Assembly (NCBI GenBank): GCA_021432655.1
Contig: MU271181.1
Location: 263,189-309,835, forward strand
Direction of reading: 5' to 3'
Length of the DNA: 46,647 nt
Origin: Atractiella rhizophila
Lineage: Eukaryota
The translations under genes and the position numbers were made by a program. Below are positions 34,109 to 46,000 of this stretch, piece by piece (the first letter of the stretch is position 1; every line of letters begins with the position of its first letter). Below the pieces are notes generated by a model. The model searched no databases. It saw nothing but the letters and a program-made list of their open reading frames with translations, and was not told where the DNA came from.

Positions 34109-34730
34109 TGTGTGCTGTGTAGGGTATGGATGAGCGGGATGAGTGGGCGAGTTTAGGAGCTGTGAAGGTTGTACGCTTCGGTTCCCATCTTAAGAAATTC
34201 CGTAATGTCCGGCAAGACTACAACTGGTCTTCACTGGTTATCAGAGTTCGTTGGTTTTAGTAGGAGGAGACATATCCTGTGCAAATTAATGAATCTATCG
34301 CTATCCGCTACAACCACCAGTAAAGCATACTAAGTGACACTCTCATTCACTGATGAACCAAACATGAGTCTTTTGAATTATGGGAATCGTGTGTGTGGTG
34401 GAAATGTCGAGCCCAAGGTAAATGAAGTTGAACATATTCGACCGAAAGAGGTATGAACCAACCGATTCAAAACTCGAAGCGAGAAAACGCCAAAGAGATG
34501 CACTTATTGGTGGCAGAACGAAGTGAAACTCGAAACGTGATATTGAAACCGAATCCTACTTTGTAAAAGGCGTAAAAGGCTAAGCGGACAATGTCGTGAT
34601 GTTTTGTCATGAGCCAGCGTTGCCTTCTGATGCTGGTGGTTCTACAACGACGAGCTCATCATCGAAAGTCGGTTGAGGACAAGGGTGAATGCCTCGATTC
34701 GGTGTGGCCTCAAATATCAACACATATATC

Positions 34731-36560
34731 TCAACAAGAACAGGAGGAGGGCGTGCATTGAGCAATCTGAAGCATCGCCTTGACGTCTTTGATCAAAACA
34801 GGTTTCGTGAGTACCTGATTCGCCCCAGCCTTTATATATCCAGTTTGGTCTTCCCGTAATGCGTTCCCCGTGGCACCAACAACGAAATCAGTACGTCCCA
34901 TGCTTCGGAGCTTCTTGATCGTCTGCTCCCCTGTCATCACTGGCATCATGTTATCGAGAGTGACCTTCAGTCCAAGCTTCAGCTATCGATTTGTTCGCGA
35001 CAGGAGAGATGGACAGACCATATCGAAGTATTTAGGAAACATGAGTAGGTCATCACTTCGCACCCTAATTTCGTGAGCATCCGGCTCATCAACGTTCTCG
35101 TCAGTGGATCATCTAAAAGATAAAGGTTCCTAAAGTTCTCTTCGTCAGTATAGAATAGAGACGAACCATCCACCACTAAAACCTGCAGTTTTTGAACAGC
35201 AGGTGTAGGTGTGGTAGGCTGACGTTCAGGAGCGCCAGCAGACAATATCTCTTAATCACTTCCTCCAGAACCAGCACGCTTCACGACCAACTTCCCAACC
35301 TCAACCTCGTTTGGAGGAACATCTGGAGGTATAGGTTCAGAGTGCGGCCTGTGCGGTAAGTGAACCGCCAAAGGAGGAGTGAGGGGACGGAGCTCGATGT
35401 CTGCCTTCTCCCTCTCAACACCTTTCTCATGAGCCTTCTCAGGCTCTTCCACGATCCGCTTCCTACTCAACAGATCCGCTTGTGAGTCGTTCGGGTCAGT
35501 CGTATTCGTCATGGTTGTTCTAGAAGCTCGAGAGAAGACAGGAGATGGAAAAGGCGGTGACGGAAGGGAAGTGTTTCGATTGGTCAGAGGCGATTCGTTT
35601 GGCGTCGTTGCATCGTCCTCGTCCAGAGTGTAGGGCAGGAACGAGTCTTTCCCCAGCTGCCGTTGCCTCTCCACTTCCTCCTTCGTCCTTAACCTGTACA
35701 TGAACTCGACCCAAAACGTCGATCCGCTGTTTCGCTGAGACTTGACACCCAGCCGACCTCCCATGAGCGTCACTATCCCAAAACGCTTTTTGCTGAGTGA
35801 GCTAAAAAGGAGGACGAAACAAAATACCGATTTGTCGCACGATTGCCAGTCCCAAACCTGAACCTGTGTTGCTCTCCCTTCCTAACCTTGCTTGAGAATA
35901 AGGCGAGAATAGGTTGCTTTCGTGCAAATCCCTCGCTTCACCCATGGTAGCAACTCAGCAATTCCACTCGCTTAGTCGAAACGGAAGAGAGGCTCACGTC
36001 GTATTCCGGGACCTGCATCTGTAACAGAGATCTTGACGATCATACTGCTCCTCCGCACTTCATCGTTTATTCCGACTCCATCCTCCGGCCGCGCAGAAGC
36101 TGTGACCATCCTCTGCTCCTGTTCTTCCCCTCCATCCGTCCACGCACTGGCGCTAGCAGCGAAATCTTTCACCTTCATCGCCAAGTTTAAGCGGGTGAGG
36201 AGGGACGATTCTCCACACGCATCGAGGAATTGAATGCCTTTCCTCTCCTCCTCCTGCGTCTCTTCGGGATCCGGAGGATGGGGATGTTCCGCGGTAGGAT
36301 AGATGGGTTCAGTCTTGACCCGTATCGCACCCTTTCCTTCCGGCGTGAACTTGGCCTATCCATCCAAAGTACCCTCGCATCCACTTCAACTTGAACTACC
36401 CACCATCCTTCGACTTTAACCATGACCGCCGTGTCGTTCATGCTAGGATGTGAAATGCCCAGAATCAGCCTACTCTAGCAAACATCAGCATCTCGATGAA
36501 ATGTGACTGTCTCTTCAATGACGTACCTTCGAATCCCTGAACGGTTCTCATCACACAGAT
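34731..36560 (-). pseudogene. Hybrid sensor histidine kinase (HATPase + receiver), 5'-truncated and degenerate
   Basis: KFTPEGKGAIRV, ISVTDAGPGI, LFSPY, GSGLGLAIVRQI, LMGGRLGVKSQRNSGSTFWVE. Receiver VLVVD/DDPLTR..LDNMMPVMTG..GATGNA..LTKP. Apparent deletion/frameshift near 35040-35060. No HisKA domain seen. Confidence 0.8.
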
Positions 36561-37216
36561 ACCGAGCCCACGACATCCTGGGCAGTTTTCTTTCAACAAT
36601 CTGATACCCATACTCTCCACTCCTTGAGCTCACTCCATACCTGCAATACCTTCAAACCGTTGGGCAACTTCCCACCCCTGTACAGGGAACAGTCTTACAG
36701 TCTATCAACAGCCAAGTGGAGTGTTTTGTGGGCTACAACACTGAATCCTGAATGAGGCAAGACAGGCGGGAAAGGGGGAACGATTGCAACATCGGACCCG
36801 TCTGATCGACATCAAAAAGATCAAGAGCGGCCTCTACCTCAAATTAAGAGCGTCGCTTCCATCATGGCAACAACAGCAGGAGGTTATATCTTACACGATC
36901 AAGCCCCCGAAGGAAGGACAGTTTGCGTCTGCTCTGACTGCGTCGATCCATCAGACTCTAGTCGAGGTCTCCCTCAAATGCGAAAAACAGAATATGAGCA
37001 TCAACGCCAAGTTGTTTGTGCCATCATCCACCTTTGCTAGGGGCTTAGCCCCTTGGACCCCAGCCCCATGTCTAGTTTGTTGTGGAGTTTGGGACATTTT
37101 TGCGATGATTCTGGCAGGATTAGGGGGAAGTGGGAAGCCGCCCGCTGGCAGCAAACCTAGCTGAGTGGCTGCGCAAGTAACAGCTCCTGGTTGTCAGATT
37201 TGGGACAGGATTTGGA

Positions 37217-37373
37217 GCAGACCCGTCGCCCAAGGAGTCGGAGTTGGTCGGCGCTCAAACTGGTAGACCAGTTTTGACCTGCTTTTGCTGCAAATTTTTC
37301 AAAATTGAAGCGCAAAACTTGGCAAGACCATTTTTCGCTTTGCAGCCGGACCCTTGGGGGCGACCAGTTTGCC
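37217..37373 (+). repeat. Multi-hairpin dispersed element, copy 4
   Basis: GCAGACCCGTCGCCCAAGGAGTC...GACCCTTGGGGGCGACCAGTTTGCC with AAACTGGT-AG-ACCAGTTT and GCAAATTTTTCAAAATTGAAGCGCAAAAC. Confidence 0.9.
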
Positions 37374-37430
37374 GAAATGATCTGGACGGATTCATCCATC
37401 ACCATCTAACCCTAACTCTCAGCCTCAATT

Positions 37431-37750
37431 ATGGCCACAATCACCCTTGACCAAATTGCACAAATGCTGAACGCATTTCAAACGCAACTGAGCGATCTAC
37501 AAGAGACCCTCTGCAGGAGATTCGATGTCATGGAAGGCAGATTGAATGTAATCGAAAACAGAATGGATGCAATCGATCAACGGTAGCTTGATATTCTGAA
37601 CACCATTCATGTGAAGGCATGCTATTGTGAGTCTGCTTGTTGTTCGGACAGGTTGTTGAAGTCTGTGGAGGTGGGGTGCATGGTGTGATTGATGCCTATC
37701 CTGCAACAACGGAACCGCCATGGAACTCAGGGCCGGGTACCTACAGGTGC
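37431..37750 (+). pseudogene. Small coiled-coil protein gene with premature stop (loosely Mug135-like)
   Basis: MATITLDQIAQMLNAFQTQLSDLQETLCRRFDVMEGRLNVIENRMDAIDQR*LDIL heptad pattern. ATG is 57 bp after element copy 4. Confidence 0.45.
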
Positions 37751-38859
37751 GTCAGCTTAAAGTTCACCAGCTTGAAAGGAATGACTGAATCGTCGTCTGA
37801 TAACAGGGCTTCAGCCTCAACATTTGGGACTAAAGGATGAATCGATTGACTTCGAAGGTGTCCTGAATTTTCACTTTGAAGATGTACTCTTTTTCTGCAC
37901 GTGTCTCAAACTGGTTTTGGTTTACATAAACAACTCAAATCATTCTTTCAGGTTCCTCTTACCCTACTGTCTTTTCTGCTTCCTCCATTCAACAACCCTA
38001 TGCTAGTTTCGGCGTAAGCTCAGCTAGCTCTGCCAGAATCCATTTCTTCTGATGCTCTTCTGCTTGGTTTGATTCTTCAAGTTGTGATCCTAAAGTTCTT
38101 GTCATCACAGCCTCACGGATACAAATCCAATCTTTCATTGGAAATTATGGTTGTTTCATCGCCTTTTTGACCTCTCTGGAACAAAATTTCCTTGCAGATT
38201 AAGAAAGGCACAAATATAATGCAGTAGGATGGTGTAAATCATTCCATTTCAATCTGCCTTGAGGGAGGTCTGAAACACTCATAAGTACATTCTCCTATGG
38301 TCCATGGTGAGGGAGGTGTGTGTGCAGAGTAGAAACATGCTTCTGCTGCATGACTTTATTAGGCAGTCGACTGGAGCCGCACCTCCCACATTGAGGCAGT
38401 AACGTTGAAGCTGAAGCTGAAGTATTTGGGCGAGGATCGAAGGAAGACGCACTCGCCAATCCAAGTAGGCATATCTTCAGCTGGCATTCGTGATAGAGAA
38501 CAATGGTCCTGGTTGTATCAAAGTTCTTTGCGAAGATCCTACTCGACATCAATCCACAGTGATTCCAAGAGACGTGGCTCGGAATTGCAGGGTTGTTGGG
38601 AATGTGCGACGATGCGGCCTTTTATAAGGCAGCGTCGGGAAGGATGGAGAAAGTGCACTAGTAGTTCGTTATCAGGATGACAGGCAACTGGCATTAGCGT
38701 CCATTTACATACCTGCGAACATTAGTGCTTTAATTGTGAAACGAGTGGCCGACAAAAAGGACGCCGAAATCCGCATACGTCTATGCCTAGTTCCTATGAT
38801 CCCCAACAGAAAAACGCATTACCTTAGAGAAATGTAACGAATCCATGGGTCGTGTTGTT

Positions 38860-40270
38860 TCAGCAACGACCGAAGAAATCATATGCCGAAATCCAAATTG
38901 AACAATTGAGGACGCAACAGCAAGTGCAAGACATACATCTTTATTGAATCCAATATATTGCAGTCCCTTCTGACAAATGTATGAGCGCTGCGAAGTGCGA
39001 GATAACAATGAGTGTAAGTCTCGCACCCGCAGGTTTACAAGCTTTTATAACAGAGAGATCCCTGTGGCAAAAGATTGGCCACAGTTCCAGAAAGTGCTCC
39101 GAGGAAACTAAACACGCAAGTGCGCAAGTGGTGAAAGGAGGAGGCGTACAATTCCGTCGCCTTCGCAGCGCTCGTATGGAGACCTTGCGGATTTCGGCGT
39201 ACCCTTTGTCGGCCGCTCCGCTAGCATATGATTCGCAATGGAAGAAGGTACCCATGCAGTCTACGGCCAGGTCTATACCACCCAATCCTCTGTCTGCAAC
39301 CATGAACTCCTCCGTCATGATCTCTGCGACCCTCCCCGAATACGCAATCCTGTACTCTCCCTCCTCCGCTAAACCACGACCACAAACATGCCACGCGCAG
39401 TAAGACAAAACACGCATAACAGAGGTGAGAATTGGGCGCACGATTCGGAGGAACAAACTCCTCCGACCCCACATAGGTGTTCGCGAAAGACAGCTTACGC
39501 TCTTGGATGTCGACGACGATTGTATTTCTTTCGCGACTGACCATGAGAGGAGCCCTATGGGACCAGCTCTTCACAACACCGATATTATTCTTTATTCAGC
39601 AGATAGAGGAGGAGTAGAGGGAGGGAGACGAACCCGCAGATGGCAACGTTCAACCCAGCTTTCATCAGCTGATACGTGCCACGCTTTGAGACGGCCACGG
39701 AGAGCGGTTCGACCATCGCTCTTCTTCTAGGGAAACGTTCCATCCAGTTGGCTTTGGTTACAAGATATACCACGGAGCAGAAGGAATGGAATGCACATCC
39801 TGAAGTTTGCAGGTGCTTCCACTGCAGACATGATAGCGATCGGATAGAGGAGTAGACGAGAGGGAGCGGTCGTACAGGTCGCCTGGGAGCTTGTAAAACT
39901 CTTGAGAGTTCCGTCCTGCCCTCCAATCCAGTTAGCACCCAAAATGTAGCACAGAGTGGACAGAAGGATGAGGAAAACTCACGAAAGGAGAGTTAGCAGC
40001 GAACTTGAAGGAAGGGCATACTTTCCCGCCGCACAGTCGTAACACGCCGTAAAGGTCTCTCTCCCGGCTCAAGCTCGACGTGATCTCCTTCTGTAGGTGT
40101 GTGACTTTTTCTTTAACAAATGGATGTGGATGAGAGATAGGAGCGGAGAGGTGGAGACGTACCACCAACGACTACGCCAGCAGTTGCATCACGCTAGACT
40201 TTAGCATCTTTGACCATGATATCTGCGATCGTGCCATTCCGGGATGTCGGAACTACAGATGCTCTTGCGT
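38860..40270 (-). pseudogene. Zinc-dependent xylitol/sorbitol dehydrogenase pseudogene
   Basis: Ordered remnants ICSSDI..GTIADIMVK; KVTHLQK; CPSFKFAANSP; DGTL; AMVEPLSVAV; IVVDIQERKLSFANTY; EGEYRIAYSGRVAEIM..RGLGGIDLAVDCMG. Many frameshifts. Confidence 0.8.
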
Positions 40271-42334
40271 GGATCCTGCATCCATCCTTTGATTAGTTGC
40301 AACTTGGACGCAGGAAGGGAGGAAGACAGACTGGTGTCTCATGAGGTTTGTGCTCGTCGCGCATTTGACCTGTGTATGTAAGGAGTTTTCGGTTAGTACC
40401 AACCACTCTTCGAGCCTCTGCATGCAGTCAGTCACACCCCGTCTCGCGCGGCTGTTCCTCGTGCCTCTGCTCGTGCATGCCATTGTCTCTGCGTCATTCT
40501 TCCAGCCCTTCTCGCCCTGAACTGTCAGTCCCACCTCTGTTCCGTCTCGCGGGTCTCCTTCACTCTGGCTGGTTCTGGCGTCCCCGTCCTGTTCCAGCCT
40601 CCTTCCTCATCCCCTCCGGCTTCTCTCTCCTCCGCAGTACTCTTCCATCGCAGCTATCCCACACCGTCCTCTTCTGCTCAGGCACCCTTCCAAGCCTACG
40701 GGTGATGGAGTCGGTACGAACCGAAATACTTGGACAGCTGGTGACAGAGCAGGCTCGCCAGGGTGGGGAGGCGCAGGAAGTGGTGACGGTAGCGGGAGCG
40801 TGCGCAAGTGACGAATACGAGTACAATAGCGCGAAGAACGGAAGGAATAAGATGCACTGCCAACAGAATGGTGCATAATAGAAGGCGAAGTGTGAAGAGA
40901 TGGGGAGGCATAGAGGGACGAGAGAAGAGGTACCGTCCCGTTCCCTCTCCCTCTTTGCATTTCTGTTTACTGACATATATATTCGGTTCCTCCCCCGCCA
41001 GCCTGTCCATCATCGCTCCTCTCCCCACTGCAATCTCGTCCCGCCTCAGCACTGCTCGACCCTCCCAGCGTCCTACCTTACGTTTAGCTACCGGGGCTAC
41101 GAAGCGAGAGGGCAGTTAGAGGGAAGCAGTAAGCGCCATCCTGCACCACTCTCAATACTATCCCACTTCCCATAACCCTCGCCACGACTATCGCCTCTTC
41201 TCGCTCCATCATCCCTCTCCCCACACCCCCGCCAGCATCCATCATCTTCAGCTCCTCCAGCAACCTTTCTGTCCTCCGAAACGAACGCCAGGCCGAGTTG
41301 GAGGTCGGATCGCGAAAAGAGGACGGAGCTGACACAGCGGGTTGGAGGTTGAGCATGGAAATCGGAGAGGCATGTCAAGCTTTCTCTCACCCACCATTGC
41401 CCTCTCGTTCCCCAAGCCGGATTCAGCCGTCCCTCCTTGCTTCAAGGTAGACATCGCAAGTGAACCGCGAAGCGTAGCAAAGACGCGTGATGGCGAATGA
41501 GGTGGACTGTGGCTCAGATGGGGTCAGAAAAAAGTCCCTGCAACCATTCGCCCATCCCACTCGTGTCGCCATCTTTCGTCGCCGCCCATTCTCTTGCCCT
41601 CTACTTATGCCTATACTCCACCAATCCCTTCCACCTTCTCTCGCAAAATGCTCATCTAAAATCAACCCAAAGCAGGAGAGGCACTTCAAATGGTGAAAAT
41701 GGTGGACAGAGGGGCGAAGTCGGTCGGTGATCGCAGAAGGACGTGAGAAGGACCGTCCCCGCATCTCTTCCACTCCTTTTCGAACTTTGCCTTCTCTTTT
41801 TCTGCACTAACCCTCTGCGCCGTGGTTCGCCTTTCATGTCACATTTCCCCAACCCCACCGCCTTTTTGCGCATACTAGGCTCGTTGGGACTTTCCTTTCT
41901 GCTGGCAGTGTATTCCCTTTCACCCTCTCTTTCCTTGCCGCCAGTGTCCTAATTGACATGTGCACTAGGCCCATCTCTCCGTTTTCTGCTAGTCTCACTC
42001 CACCTCCTCTCGCACTTCACCTGCACCAAGTCCATGAGCATGGGTCGAACGTGGACGTCGGATAGCGGGGAAGGCAGATATGACAAGGGATCGATTATCA
42101 ACATGGTATGTTTCGCGCCAGCTCGACATCCCCCACCGTCCTATGCCTTTCCCGTGTTCCATGCCGTCCTCCCTCATATTTCGTTGAAGGAGATGCATGC
42201 TCGTTTGACAGCTTATCCTAATGCCGGGCGTTTGCGGACATGCCTCTCGTTTAAGATTGACGATGATATCAGCGTTGAGATGGTGAAAGACGTCATCGCT
42301 GGCTTGCCGAATGTTACGGAGGTGGAGATGAATG

Positions 42335-42594
42335 CATTGTCGAGAATATTATGCGGAGGAAGAAAACTTAGAAGGAGACTCGCAAAAAAGGATGTTCGTT
42401 TCAGATCCCTGGGCGACCTGCTGAGCGAACCGGAGGCGACGCAGGCGGTATGGGAATTTATTAGACGGAGCGGGAAATTCAAGTTATGGATCACAAGGGC
42501 GCAGAGGGTTTTGGATAGAAGAAAGGCAAAAAGGAAACACACGGCGGAGTCAAGAGGAGAAAAGGATGACAGCAGGGAGGATTGGGAAGATTAA
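42335..42594 (+). mobile_element. 3' end of a non-LTR (LINE, Tad1-like) ORF2
   Basis: HCREYYAE/RKLRRRLAKKDVRFRSLGDLLSEPEATQAVWEFIRRSGKF resembles the post-zinc-knuckle C-terminus of fungal LINE ORF2. Confidence 0.55.
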
Positions 42595-43029
42595 AGACAA
42601 CAAGTTACGTCCAGATTTTTCACTTCCGAACTGAGGCACCTTTTGCAGGAACCCAACGTACGACGGAGGTCGGAACTCATTTCACCTACACACGGGTCCC
42701 CAAGGAGGAACACAATCTGCCATTCAGCATCTTCTAAGCATAATTTACCTCACACAAATAGCCATCGCGATTCAGTAACCCCCCACTCGGTCTCACTTCC
42801 ACCAGTACCATAACATTATAAGGGGATTGTTGGGGGCCTTTTTCTTTACACATTACACGCATACTTCGCTTAGTTAACCCATTCATGGCCAATTTCACCT
42901 TGTAAACCGTGTTTCTTTTCAATAATGTGATATCCCCCAGAATGTAGAGCTACGTTGACTATAGTCTGACAGCTCTGAAATATGATCACAACAACAAACA
43001 ACAACAAGGTACTTTCCGACACGCAGTGG

Positions 43030-46000
43030 ACTTGTTTACCTTCTTTCCCGGCAGCTCTAGAGTTTTCAAATTCGTTTTTATCAGCGCTTTGTTCAGCTTA
43101 GGGCTTAACGAATTGGCGCCTTCCCTTCTGCAAGTAATTCCCGGTAAGTCTCTTCACCAACCGCCCCCGCCTCTCAAAGCATTCTGATCTGGTTTCGGAA
43201 AGAATGGTTTTCCATTGGCAATCACAACATTACGATTCCCTCCTTGCCTCCGCTTTCCATCCACGCCAACTTGTCGCAGCCTTTTGCTGGCACAGATTCC
43301 CTCCGCACACCTGCTACGGGATTAACCCCTTTCTTGAGTGTGGGGTTGTCACCCAAGGTCGTGGTACCGATTCCCGTGATCCACATTCCCAACAGTTACG
43401 AGGTGTATCCCACCGATGTCGTTTCCTTGACATATGACTGTGCATCGGTGGCGCCTACATACGTCTCAGACCCAAATGGTGACAATGCTCAAGAAGTGTA
43501 CGATGGAGGAGCGACTTACGGAGCGGGTGAATTTTTCGGGTTTGGGAAAGCTCCTTTCTACCCCAATAGTGAGTTATTGTATCTCACTTGCCCTTCCACA
43601 GGATTGACTGTTATCCAACTTGTTATAGGTGCAGATTTTCTCTCATCTATTTTCAAAACTCGCCCCTGACAACACCTCCATCATTCCTTCTTTCGATGGT
43701 GTTATAATGGTTGCCGTTCAGACGGCTCCATTGAACGCTATTTTTGCTGAAACCTCATGGTTCAACTTTTCTTCTGTTCCTCAGTTCTCGATCCCTCCCT
43801 CCTGGCGCACGTATCAAGAGGAGTGGCTACTCATGGGGAACGGCCCGATCGCGAAAGAAACGTCAATACTCTTATGTCTTCCTCAGTTCTCCGTGCAATC
43901 TTACTCTGTCGCCGTCGACTCAGCTCAAGTGGGGGGGCAGCTGGAGAATCCACTTCCCTATCGAGTCGGGAACATTGATGAGACTCAACTGAAAATTGCT
44001 CTGTCCGACTCTCTGCACGAGCTTGCACGCACCGCCCCTTCCATTTTTACGACGGAGTTTGTGGATCAAGAACGCAAAGCCACAAATCTTTCAAATTCTA
44101 CTCTCGTTGACACTCCTGTCGACGCGAATGCCCTCTCCGAGAGCATTACCGACATGGTCCGCGGCGCACTATCTGCATATCTGACTGGCGGTCCGTTTGG
44201 TACGACGGTAATCCAAAGCCATGGTTACAGGATGGGTCTCGTGCTGCGTGCACAGAACGAATTTCTTTGGATCGTGGCTGCTTCCTTTTTCTGTCTGGCT
44301 GTAGCCGGCGGACTCGTGCTTGTTCTCCAGCATCGAGAGAAGCGCCTTGAGAGACAGCTTTCTATTGCAGGAGTCTTGCGGCTCGTGCGTTGGGATAAGG
44401 AGACGTCTCTGGTTGGGGAAAAATGGCTTAATGGACGGGGGCTGATGGAGTTTGCAACCGACCTGACGACTGGATGCGGAATGACTGATGAAGAGGAGGA
44501 GAAGGTGCATTTTGCTTTCCGAAATTCGATGGTGCGAATAGCAGACTTTCCAGCTGCAAGCGGAACGGTGCCGACTGTCCGCTTGCAGATGACGCCGGCG
44601 CCAATGAGGAAATTCAAGATAGAAGGAAGAAGCTTGAGGAAGCTCCTTGGGTTTATCACACCGGTGGTGGGAGGAGCGTTCATCGCCTTTGGAGCATACG
44701 CATATACCCACGACGTGATTATTCCCGAAGATATCGGAGATGTTCGACCGGTGCTCCTAGGAACAACTTTCACCGTCGTCATTGGGTCGTGGAGAACTCT
44801 GGCTCTGGGGGGAACCAGGAGCTCCATTCGTGAAGTGCGATCTGAGGTACGTCTTCATTACGGAAGCTTTAAGGACGCCCGTATAGCGATATTCGGCTAA
44901 TATTTCTGTTATCTAGGAATGGACACGTTTGTCAAGTCGGGCAACCACGCAGGGGATAATGGCGCAAGAAAATGTCAGAACCGCAATCGGGGACGTGTCG
45001 ACAAATACTACGTCAACTGTTGATCAACTTCGACGTTCCGTCCTGTTTAAACCTCACTCCCTCATATCCAAGTATTATCGGCTCGCAGTGCTTTCATTCC
45101 TCATCATGTCTGTTTGCTCCATCACTTCTCAAGGAGCGATCCAACTACGCCGTCGCGTAGTATCCATTGGTTCAAGCGAACCAGTTGCTATCAATGCATA
45201 CTCGACAAACGTTAGCAGCCTATACACTATTTTGAGCGCATCTCGAGAACCATGGAGCACAAGTCAAGGCATAGGCAACAGTGATTTAGATTTTGCCGTC
45301 AATGGCTGGCGCCAGGAATTTCTTATCTCGAGTGGCGTTGGTTATATTGAGGAAGAGCTAGATATCGCAGTGGCGGTCCAAATGCCTCCAAGCAACGCGG
45401 AAGGATACTTTCTTCTGCAGCCTGCCGGGACGGAAGACTTAAAGGGTATCAGCATTCGCTTCTTGACTGACCTCGGAGTGTGGAAAATGTCTTGCGAATG
45501 GGCTGCTCCAAGACTTCAACCGTGGAGCGCGGACATCAATAGTTCCTCCTTTGTCTCCATCCAGCTCATGGAGCACAATTTACAAGGGCTCGTAGCGGTT
45601 CCTTCTCCGTTTTCCTGGTTTACTCCCCTTCAGATGCCTCAACGCATGGACAACGAAGAGTTTATCTCCAGCGGCCTCTTCGCCTGGACGCTTTTCGCAG
45701 GCTCACGGATCAATGTTGATAATGCGCCTTTCTCCGATCTTTCAGCTGAATGGCGAGATTGGCTCACTAGCGAGATTTCTCAGTATAATCCGGATTATGG
45801 ATCGTTTTACGAGATTCCCACAAGACTGACGACGCTTGTTTGCGGACCGAATATCAAGATTTTCTATAACTCTGAAGTGACAATCTATAACAACACTGCT
45901 TCTATCCGCAAGAGGAACCGTGAATCAGAGGAGGTCGGAAACCTCGAATTCGGACAGCTAGCCTTCCAAGTTTATGCTATGGGATCCATGCTGGGCGAAT

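Noticed and set aside
38981..39403. 140-aa plus-strand ORF and similar shadow ORFs (28549-28986, 44225-44827)
   Set aside because: Antisense shadows of real or decayed genes on the opposite strand.
40372..41400. Dense overlapping ORFs on both strands
   Set aside because: Low-complexity CT/GA-rich sequence with no recognisable domain; no product can be supported.
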